DNA from: Cenococcum geophilum
Lineage: Eukaryota
Length of the DNA stretch: 64,000 nt
Direction: 5' to 3'
NCBI GenBank assembly: GCA_050273025.1
Contig: CP158636.1
Location: 5,084,001 to 5,148,000 of the forward strand
Below, one piece after another: positions 51,201-61,900 of the stretch (within the stretch, counting starts at the first letter, position 1; each line of letters starts with the position of its first letter). The notes under the pieces were generated by a model that did no database searches, had not been told where the DNA came from, and worked only from the letters and a program-made list of their open reading frames with translations. A program made the position numbers and the translations under genes.

Positions 51201-54200
51201 TACTGTGTTTGGTGGTGTAGGAGGTAAGTAGATATACAAATATAATATATAAGCGTGCTACTAATCCTACTATATCTGGTGGTGTAGTATATAAGTAGAC
51301 CTGCGAATATTAACATGCGAGCCTACTACTAATCCTGCTGTGTTTGGTGGTGTAGCTTATAAGTAGATATACAAATATTAATATATAAGCCTGCTGCTAA
51401 TCCTATAGTATTTGGTGGTGTAGCTTATAAGTAGATATGCGAATATCAATATATAAGCCTGCTGCTAATCCTACTATATCTAGTAGTGTAGCTTATAAGT
51501 AGATATGCGAATATAAATATATAAGGCTGCTACTAATCTTGTTATATCTAGTGGTGTAGCCTATAAGTAGATATACAAATATTAATATATAAGCCTGCTG
51601 CTAATCCTACTATATTTGGTGGTATAGGAGGTAAGTAGATATGCGAATATAGACATGCGAGCCTACTGCTAATCTTGCTATATCTAGTGGTGTAGTATAT
51701 AAGTAGACTTGCGAATATCGACATATAAGGCTGCTGCTAATCCTATTATATTTAGTGGTGTAGCGTATAAGTAAATATGCGAATATTGATATATAAGCCT
51801 ACTGCTAATCCTGCTATATTTAGTGGTGTAGCGTATAAGTAGATATGCGAATATTAATATGCAAGCCTACTGCTTATCCTACTATATTTAGTGGTGTAGC
51901 TTATAAGTAGACCTATAAATATTAATATGCGAGCGTACTACTAATTCTGCTATATTTAGTGGTATAGCTTATAAGTAGATATGCAAATATGGATATATAA
52001 GGCTGCTGCTAATCTTATTATATCTAGTAGTATAGCCTATAAGTAGATATGCGAATATAGATATACAAGCCTACTACTAATCCTGCTATATTTGGTGGTG
52101 TAGCGTATAAGTAGATATGCGAATATTAATATATAAGCCTATTGCTAATCTTACTATATCTAGTGGTGTAGCCTATAAGTAAACCTGCGAATATTAATAT
52201 ATAAGCCTACTGCTAATCCTACTATTTCTGGTGGTTTAGCGTATAAGTAGATATGCGAATATTAATATATAAGCCTACTGCTAATCCTACTATATCTAGT
52301 AGTGTAGGGTGTAAGTAGATCTGCGAATATTGACATACGAGCCTACTGCTAATCCTATTATATCTAGTGGTGTAGGATATAAGTAAACCTGCAAATATTG
52401 ACATATAAGCCTATTACTAATCCTACTATATCTAGTGATGTAGTATATAAGTAAATATGCGAATATTAATATATAAGCCTGCTGCTAATCCTACTGTATT
52501 TAGTGGTGTAGCGTATAAGTAGATATGCCAATATTAATATACAAGGCTGCTGCTAATCCTACTATATTTAGTGGTGTAGCGTATAAGTAGACCTACAAAT
52601 ATTAATATATAAGCCTACTGCTAATCTTACTGTGTCTAGTAGTATAGGAGGTAAGTAGATATACAAATATTAACATATAAGCCTACTGCTAATCCTACTA
52701 TATCTAGTAGTATAGGAGGTAAGTAGACCTACGAATATCAATATATAAGCCTACTGCTAATCCTACTATGTCTGGTGGTATAGGATATAAGTAGACCTGC
52801 GAATATCAATATATAAGCCTACTGCTAATCCTGCTGTGTTTAGTAGTGTAATAGGTAAGTAGATATGCGAATATAGATATACAAGCCTACTGCTAATCTT
52901 ACTATATCTAGTGGTGTAGGTTATAAGTAGACCTATAAATATCGACATATAAGCCTGCTGCTAATTCTGCTGTATCTAGTGGTTTAGTATATAAGTAGAT
53001 ATGCGAATATTAATATATAAGCCTATTGCTAATCCTACTATGTCTAGTAGTGTAGGAGGTAAGTAGATATATAAATATAGACATACAAGCCTACTACTAA
53101 TTCTACTATATCTAGTGGTGTAGCTTATAAGTAGATATGCGAATATTAACATGCGAGCGTACTGCTAATCCTACTATATTTAGTGGTGTAGCGTATAAGT
53201 AGATACGTAAATATAGACATGCGAGCCTACTACTAATCCTACTATGTCTAGTGGTGTAGGAGGTAAGTAGACATATAAATATGGATATGCAAGCCTACTG
53301 CTAATCTTACTATATCTGGTAGTATAGGTTGTAAGTAGACCTGCGAATATTAATATATAAGCGTGCTGCTAATCCTACTATGTCTAATAGTATAGCGTAT
53401 AAGTAGATATACAAATATTAATATATAAGCCTGCTGCTAATCCTACTATGTCTAGTAGTATAGGAGGTAAGTAGATATACGAATATCAATATATAAGGCT
53501 ACTGCTAATCCTGCTGTATTTAGTGGTGTAGTATATATATAGACCTGTAAATATGGACATATAAGCCTACTGCTAATCCTACTATGCTTGGTGGTATAGC
53601 GTATAAGTAGATATATAAATATGGACATACGAGCCTACTGCTAATCCTACTATGTTTGGTGGTGTAGGAGGTAAGTAGATATGTAAATATGGATATTTGA
53701 GCCTGCTGCTAATTTTACTGTGTCTAGTGGTTTAGCGTGTAAGTAGATCTGCGAATATCGACATGCGAGCCTGCTGCTAATCCTGCTGTGTCTGGTGGTG
53801 TAGGAGGTAAGTAGACATGCGAATGTCTCCACTTGATAGGCACTAATATGGATATAGCCTGATGGCTGGCGCCGTACCTTTGACGATGATTTTGCACGAG
53901 ATTTCTTTCAAAGCTTGCCATCGAGCGCATTGCCGACTCAGCTTTCCCCAGTCCAGTGTTGTACCTGCTGCAGCTCCATTATGGTTTCTGATTGCAAGGT
54001 CAATCTTTCTGAAGTCAGTGCTGCCGAAAAAAATTGCCAGCTCTGCGCTCTGCTCCTCCGTACAGTTAAACGCCACTGCAATGATGGACTCAGCGTCCAA
54101 ATCATTCGGGAAGGGTCAACCTTGAAAATAGGAAGTGAGGGGCCTCGAATTCTCCGGTTGTGTTCTAATTTAGGTTAGTGTCTTCATGTTACATGCGCTG

Positions 54201-55789
54201 GGAGGAGCCATTACTTACTGCATATATTTCCTACAGAATATTCGGCTGGTACTGGTAAGGACATCCAGACCGGCTTCCCAGTCTTACCCGAAGCGGAAAG
54301 TCCTGCACGTTTTGCACTACTTCGCGCATGGCTCCATTGGTGCGACAGCGACAAGTCCCACAATTGCAACAAGCATGACGCCGAATCCAATGCAGCATTG
54401 CCGACTAGGCTTCTCGACGTTGGGGGTCCCAATCCCGATGTCCTGCGCCTCTACTGTCCTAAGAGATATGACCGAGCGAAATACCTCGCATTATCCCATT
54501 GCTGGGGCAAACTCACCAACAATAACAAACGTCAATTCTGCACAACCGATGACAACATCAAAGCACGACTAGAAGGGTTCAGTTTCTCTGAGCTACCAAA
54601 CACATTTCAGGACGCAGTCCGAGTAACCCGGGAGCTGGGCATCCAATACCTCTGGATCGACTCACTTTGCATAATTCAGTGGAACCAGAAAGACTGGGAG
54701 GATGAGGCCAAGCGTATGGAAGACGTCTTTGCTTCGGCTTACTGCACGATCGCTGCAACTTCGGCTGTTGATTCGAACGCGGGATTCCTTAAGCGGAATG
54801 TAAGCAGTGAATATGTTTACGTCCAAGACACCTCTAGCCGACACTTCTATGTCTGCACTAACATTGATGATTTCGATAATAACGTGGAGAAGGCTCGGCT
54901 TAACACGCGAGCATGGGTAATGCAAGAAAGAGTTTTGTCGCGTCGAACTATCCATTTCAGCGCCAATTAGACATATTTTGAATGTGGAAACGGGGTTTAC
55001 TGCGAAAATCTTACTAGACTGGAAAGGTAAGAGCTCAACAATATCTGGTAGTCCAACTTCTTTTCTAACTTGGGTATTCTGCTCCGCAGCTCTTTTCGAA
55101 AGGAGTTCTTCATGTTCGATCCAAACTTCCCAGACCGGCTCCTCGAATCAGGCGACCGACGTACCATGGAATTCATTCACTTTCTTTCTGAGGAGTACTC
55201 GAAGCGTGACCTGACAGAGGAGACCGACAGATGTTTTGCAATATCCGGAGTAGAGGCCCGTATTGCACGTGCTAGACGGTGTCAAAGTAGATACGGCATC
55301 TTTCAGCAGTACCTCCACAGGAATCTCCTGTGGCAATCATCCGACAATAAGATGGAGCGGATTGAGTACAAAGCCCGAAATGTGCCATCGTGGTCATGGA
55401 TGGCATATAATGGTGGTATCCAGTTCATGGACATCGCTTTTGGCGAAGTTGGTTGGATTAATACCCTTCGGCTCGATGAGGAGTGCGAATCTGCATTACT
55501 CGCCGACGTGGGAAAGTTTCGGAATTGCAAGATGAAACCGGCCGGGGATCATTATGCCATCTTGAATTTCTTCAGAATGAAAAGAGGATGGATACGGTAT
55601 GATGCTTCGGAGGGCAAGAATCTTTGCGAAGAACGATGTGTTGTCGTCGGGAAGAACGAGGTTGTTAAGGAGTACTACATATTAGTTGTCAGGCCGACCA
55701 GTGTGGATGGCGAGTATAGGAGGGTTGGAGTTGGTTTGATTCGGAGTGACTACGTAATGAGAGAGAGGCTCAACGTGCGAGTTGTGTGA
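48263..55789 (+). pseudogene. HET-domain (heterokaryon incompatibility, TOL-like) gene with micro-exon-array 5' half; large exons 53858-54173, 54237-55026, 55090-55789; premature TAG at 54968; start codon tentative
   Basis: HET motifs LPTRLLDVG, YLALSHCWG, LPNTFQDAVRVTRELGIQYLWIDSLCIIQ, MEDVFASAYCTIAA, LNTRAWVMQERVLSRRTIHF and VPSWSWMA. GT-AG introns 53807-53857, 54174-54236 and 55027-55089 keep a single frame. Candidate ATG at 48263 is followed by several short introns. Confidence 0.85.
48776..53806 (+). repeat. 74 x 68-bp tandem array; each unit = 65-nt spliceosomal intron + 3-nt micro-exon
   Basis: Consensus GTAAGTAGACATGCGAATATCGACATGCGAGCCTGCTGCTAATCCTGCTGTGTCTGGTGGTGTAG + NNN. The 68-bp period holds from 48841 to 53804 except for one 1-bp deletion near 51243. 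Confidence 0.9.
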
Positions 55790-57599
55790 ACGGTTTCGCA
55801 TTAGAAAATCTGGCGGATATTCGATACATACTCTAACTATGTGGATTGAATATTAAATTATGAGGCATATCATTCTTATAGGCTCCATCTACCTCTATTG
55901 TGAGTGCTGGGTCAGAGCTAGGATGACTAAAGGAGATGGACTGATCTAGGCAACAATGACACACTGGATCCTCACGTAGCTGTCTAAGCATGGCTTTTGA
56001 CTATTCCGGGTAAAGCCCACTGCTAAGACTGCTGCCCGAGGTGAATCCGAGTGGCTTTGCTACGCCCTTGGCTGCGGGGTTACCATCTACCGACGCCTGC
56101 ACTTCCTCCTAGCAGGGGACGGGTTAGCAGCAGCATAATTAGCGGTATTTACAGCAGGTGATTAAAACGTAAAACACTTTAAACTCGCCACCGCTAGCAA
56201 GGAGGATGGCCGACCCGCTCCGGCCATAGGGTTGTCGAGGTGGCAGCCCGCGAAGCCCTACTGCACGCGTCCACGTCGCCGCGGGTGGAAACATCATCAG
56301 GAAATCGTTCCTTTTGATGGCTAAGTGCAGAGGCGATGGTAGAGAGCCGTCGCAGCGCGTGCAGCGCTGTCGTTGCGGCTCTGTGGTGTTGGGCCTGTGA
56401 CGCGTACGATGCATCGCCCTCAACATCACCAGGAGCCTCACTGCCTCCGCTTGAGGCTCCCGCTCTACCACCTAGGGAGGCCTATCAAGGGAAACTGGGA
56501 TACGAAAACCACCCGATGTACGACTACCTGGCTCGCAGCCAGGCCCGAAACTGGCCTTATCATCCAGCCAGTCGACGTGGACGCGTCCTAGGCGTACAAT
56601 AGGACACCCTTGGGCTTGCACTAGCTCTGAGATCGCAAAGGAACGCGGCGAGGGCGTAGGGAACCTCTTTTATTAAGAACTTGTTAAGGTTAACGCGTCG
56701 CAGATACCTCGTACGAAACTTGTTAAGGCCCCAAGGCCACCGCGAAGAACTTGTTAAGGCCCTGCCTAGAGAACTCGTTAAGGCCCCTCTACGAGAGCCT
56801 ATCCGGTACATCCAGGAGACTCAGAAGAGGGTCTTAATAGGCGTGGTGCGCGCGACCTGGACAGCGACAGCGACGCGTCAGCGACGCGACGGCGACGCGA
56901 CAGCGACCAGACGGCTCAACGAGGTGGAAACACGGGCAAAGCTCTAGGCAGCGGAAACACAGGCCAGCTTCGACGGCCCCATGGCGTCAAAAGGTGACTT
57001 ACAGGAGGGTCTTAATAGGCGTGGTGCACGCAACCTGATGCATATACATATGGGGAGGCTATAGGGGAAACACAGGCCAGTCGGACGAGGACTCGACAGT
57101 TAGAGACACAGGCCAGCTTATAGGAAAGGGGGGACACAAGCTTGGTTAGTGGGAGAGGGGGGAGCAGGTTGCCTGGCACGGGACCTGGTCTATAGCCCCC
57201 TCCTATAAGACACGGTCGGCCTATTATGAGGAGACTCTTATAGGCAACGCGAAACGGGAACTGGCAGTAGTATAGGGTGTTGCGCCCCTATACTACTACT
57301 AGCCTCCCGCGGGGCGTAGTGCGTAGTAGCCACTGCTAGCTCTAGGGACCTTACCCCTTAGCTAGGCTCTAACCCCTAGTGCACCTAGTAGGTAGGTAGG
57401 ATTACATCCTAGCCGGAGAGACTACTACGTGGCTTAAGAGAACGGATACGTGTGTCGGTATATTAATAGACGGAACCTTTTGCTAGAACGGCACGCCGGT
57501 AAGATATACTTAAGGAGCAAATAGGAGTTACGCAGGCGGGAGAGGTTTTAGCCGGGCCTTAACCATAGAAGGTGTGTAAGGTGTCTAAGAGATATAATA

Positions 57600-58942
57600 A
57601 AGCTACTAGAAAACTAGGGTAGAGGCCTAGATAAGCAGGTATGTCGAACTCTACTATATTACTAGCACTACTAGCTAATATATAACTACCTATCTTTAAC
57701 GCGGATCTTGTGTAAAGCGTACCTAGAAATAGTAGCTCTATAGCCTTCGTTAACAACTACTTAGTATAGGTTATAGGCCCTACGGCGGAGGAAAACACGT
57801 AGATTATCTAGGGCGAGATTATACCGATACTCGAGAAATAGGAGAGGACTAGTAGAGCTTAATTTAAAGCGAAGAAAACGTTATTTATCTACCTTACTAG
57901 ATATAAAGAAGCGGGTAGGGATACTACCACGCTGCTCTAATTTAAAGGAAAAGGAATCCCCCCAATATAGGATATTAAAATCCTTAGGGTGATTCTCGAT
58001 AAGGAGCTAAGGTTTAAGGTATACCTAGTAGATAAGGCAGGTAAAGCTACTAAGGTAGCGCTAGCGTTGCGTAGATTAAAGGGACTATAGTCTAAGAGCG
58101 TTAAGTAGCTAGCTAAGAGCTCGGTCCTACTAGTAGCAAACTATACGTCGCTAATATAGTACCCGCTTACGATATAAGAGTTAATATAGCTCCTCTAGTA
58201 GGCGTAAAGGATTACGGCATAAGCTATTATTAGGGGGTTCCGCACCGTTACTCTACTAATAGCGAAGGTAGAAGCTAGCTTACTCCCTCTTAAGTAAAGG
58301 CTATGTAACCAGGCTATTGCGTTCTAGGTATTAATCTATAAACTAGGCAAATTATATCTTTATTAGATAATTTAAAGACAGAGGCTCTATAGACGGCACT
58401 AGTTACTACTTTAGAGGACAGCAGAGATATATAAGGATGTCTAGGTAAATAGGGTGCTAGAGGTTAAACCGTATATATGCCCGCCGTAGGTAGCTAAGCC
58501 TAATATGGTAATATATAAGGATAAAAAGTATACTTAAGCTATTATTAAAGACTATAAGCTAGGACAGGTTAATATATACGTTAATATATTAGTTTATAAT
58601 AGTAGGGCAGGAATTAGTATATATGCTACACTATCTAAAATAATGCTTTTAAAAATGGTGGCGAGCTCTAATTAAGCCAATACTTACCTTATAGAGCTTC
58701 TAGTAATTAGTAAGGCAGCTAACTAGCCATAAAACCCTATATATACGGCTATTAACTAAGTAGGTTTTCTAATACCTGCTTCTAGTATAAGAATATTCTC
58801 TAACTTATAATTAGCGTTACTATTAGTATAGAGCTAGAAGGCTAGAGCCTGCTAGGAAGTAGTTATAGATATCTTAAAGAAGCTTTAACTAAATAATGTT
58901 ACGCTATACTAGATTCTAGGCCACTTAGGATTTATAGGAAAT
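57600..58942 (+). mobile_element. Tad1-like LINE fragment (RT C-terminus, RNase H), RIP-degraded, cut by a Gypsy; 5' limit approximate
   Basis: Reads FNADLV.SVPRNSSSIAFVNNY (AFVDDY after reversing RIP), FKAKKTLFIYLTR, IKILRVILDKELRF and RNase H VTLY.ILGHLGFIGN ending at the LTR. Confidence 0.8.
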
Positions 58943-61900
58943 TATAACGGAACCTTATAGCAAGAACTACAATAGGCTCGTTAATAGGCTAGGTGTATAG
59001 GAAATGTAAGTATAAAAGTTAACAACGTAATAATAACTGGTGGAGTGGTTGCCTAATAGATTAACTCCAATTATATTCTAAGAATTACTATAAGGAAGGA
59101 ACTATCTAGGTAGGGATTAAGGGTCCTTAAATATATAACCGTACTCCTATAAAATCCTTCTTATATATAATATACGTCTTATATATAAGGTACGTAAGTT
59201 CCTCTTATTCCTTTTGTTTAATACGTAGCATATTATATAACCTTAGTTACTATTCCTCGTTATATAGTTCTATCGGCTCCATTTTAGACCGTACCTAAAT
59301 TAACTAACTAGCTTCTTCCGTCTCTTCTCTAAGTAGTTATAATATCATACTTAAAGCGTCCGTAACACCATCTCCCTCCTCTTTATCTTTGTCCTTAAAG
59401 ATTTAAAACATCTCTAAGTTGTTTACTAGAGGTATAATATCTGTTTAATTAATTTAGTTAATATTATTGCTTATTATACCTAAAGCAATTTCTTCTTTAT
59501 ACGCCCAACGTCGTGCTCGCACTATTGCTGTAATATTATCTCTTAGTAAGATTATGCCGTCTCCGTATTCTTGTTGTTTAAAAGAGGGGTTAGTTTATAT
59601 TATATTAGCAAACCCATCTTCGCAATAACCGTCCTCTTGCTTAAAGTGTACTAAAGCAAATATTTATTCGTCCTATAATATTTGCTCTACTTCTAATACT
59701 AAATATACGCGACCTATTACTCTTAATAGTTGTCTAGTTCCCTAATTAATTTATCTTAGGGTCTTATATTTAATCTACTACTACGCAGCTAGATAGTAAA
59801 CTGTTATAAGCCTTTACTAAGTTAGAACGTTCTTATAATGCTAAATAGAAGGCTTTAGATGCTTAAATTGCGGCGTCTACTTATCTACTTTGTCTTAAGA
59901 AGGTTTATAAAAAGGTTTATTTTAAGGAGTAGAAACTTATAGAATAAGGTTTATAGGAACTAGGTAATAAAAGAATGGATTCTCCTCTAATAGAGAAGGA
60001 AATAGATCTAAGTAGTTCGGCAACTACTCTTCTTAGGTCCCCCTTAGGTAACTCATTCTTTAGCAATCCTTCTTTATTAATGCTGCCTAACCTAATCTCT
60101 TTTAATACTCCTATACCTTTCCTATAGCATTCTTTAAATTCTCTAGTAGCTTCTAAGTAGTCTTAGTGTAGCCTATCTACTTAACCTTATACCATATTTC
60201 GTTATTAATGTCCTTATAATTAACGATCTTCGATACTTACTATTTATCTTCTTTTTATCCTCTATACGTGTCTGCTTCATAGACCGGTGGCTTAATATTC
60301 CTATATACTAGCTCTAGCATTGCGATATACTATATAGGGTAGATCTTTATCTTAGCTAGTAGGTTTAACTTAAATGTAACTAGTGAAATCCTTTATATAA
60401 TTTCAAAAGGTCCTAGTCTAACATAGTCCAATTTCTTACTTAGTCGTTAACTTTTGAAATTTTTATATAGTAGCCATACTTTATCTCCCTCCTTAAGATC
60501 TAGTCCCTTAGATCTCTTAGCATTATAGTACCTTTTTATTCTCTTTTATACTTTCTTTACTAATTCTATAAGGTCTATATAAAGATTTATTAATGTCTTT
60601 ATTCTCTCTTTAGCTGTACTACTTATTTTCTTTACTTACTATAGTAACAACGATATTCTTAGTTCGTATCCATAATTTGCCTTAAATAGTAATATGCCTA
60701 TTCCTTCTTAAGGTGTTACATTATATGCGAACTATATAATTAGTAATAGCGATACCTAATTATTCTATATATAATTAATATAATATCTTAGGTACTGCTC
60801 TAGCGTCTAATTTAACCTTTCCGTTTAACCGTCTGTCTGCGGATAATATACGGTAGAAGTTACTACTTAAACTCCTTACTTCGCTAAGAATACTTCCTAA
60901 AATACTGCTATAAATCTTAAATCTCTATCCGATATAATCTTACTTAGTACTCTATATCTTATAAATACTTCTTTAACATAGATTCTAGCGACATCTTTCG
61001 CTAAGATTTCTTCTATACATGCTATAAAGTATCCCCACTTTGTAAGCTTATCTACTATTACTAAGATCACGTTATAATCTTATCCAGTAATAGGATCTTT
61101 TAATCTTGGCAACTTAATAATAAAGTCCTATAATATAACCTCCTATAGTCTCTCTAGTATTTTAATAGGTTATAGCCCTCTATATAGCTTATACCTTATC
61201 GGTTTATTCCTTTAGTAATCTAAATATTCCTTTATAACCTTTTTAGCTATCCTCTAGATTCTATTAATAATATACTCCTTTTAGAGTCTTAACACTAAGC
61301 CTATAGCTCTATTGTGTCCTTAGGTTAGTCCCTTATAAAAGTCCTCCATAAACTACTCTGCTATACTTCTTAGGATATACTTTACTTCTTAATTTTTGTA
61401 TATATTCGTCTGTAGATCTTCTAGCTATACTTTTAGAATTCTTTATACCTAAAAGCTTTCTGGTGTCTTGTAGACTTTCTCTAGTTTATCGTCTTCTTAA
61501 GTTACTACGATTTTCGGATAATTGTACCTAATTAATCTGTCTATATCTTTTCGCAATAAAGCCCCTAATAGCTTTTCCTTATTTTATAGTTTAGCTTTAC
61601 GGCTTAGAGCATCTGCCTGCGTATTGTCTATACCTTTAATATACTAAATCTTAAAATAGTATTCCGTAAGCATCTCTACCCATCTAACCTATCTTTAATT
61701 AAGTTCCTTCGTCGTTAGGAATCCTATTAGGTTCTTATAATCTATCTTAACCATAAATAGTTTCTCTATGCCTTATAAGAATGCTCTCTATTCCTTTAAT
61801 GCTATAACTATACCTAATAACTCCTTGTTATAGATGTTATAGTTTAACTCCGGTGGTATTATCTTCCGACTATAGTATGCCACTAGGTGCTATCTATCTT

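Noticed and set aside
48776..53806. CRISPR array or plain satellite interpretation of the 68-bp repeats
   Set aside because: The context is eukaryotic, there are no unique 25-45-bp spacers and no cas genes. The unit instead parses exactly into splice signals plus 3 nt.
35000..53806. 68-bp unit as 4 x the 17-bp minisatellite
   Set aside because: Only TGCGAGC is shared and the 68-mer has no 17-bp internal period; treated as coincidence.
48891..53930. Short minus-strand ORFs in the array (MSIFAYLL...)
   Set aside because: These are by-products of a 68-bp period (not a multiple of 3) and are antisense to the splice signals.
54968..54970. TAG as a programmed A-to-I-edited (TGG) stop
   Set aside because: Gln is what I expect at this position in this HET subfamily, and CAG>TAG fits RIP leakage better. 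It is not excluded without RNA data.
53843..55535. Overlapping alternative-frame and antisense ORFs across the HET gene
   Set aside because: They are shadow ORFs of a GC-balanced coding region; only the spliced + frame has HET motifs.
56139..56947. Several 70-110 aa ORFs
   Set aside because: They overlap on both strands, are low-complexity and have no recognisable domain, as expected by chance in GC-rich DNA.
55790..58942. Right end of the Starship
   Set aside because: No resumption of the interrupted Gypsy sequence was found here.
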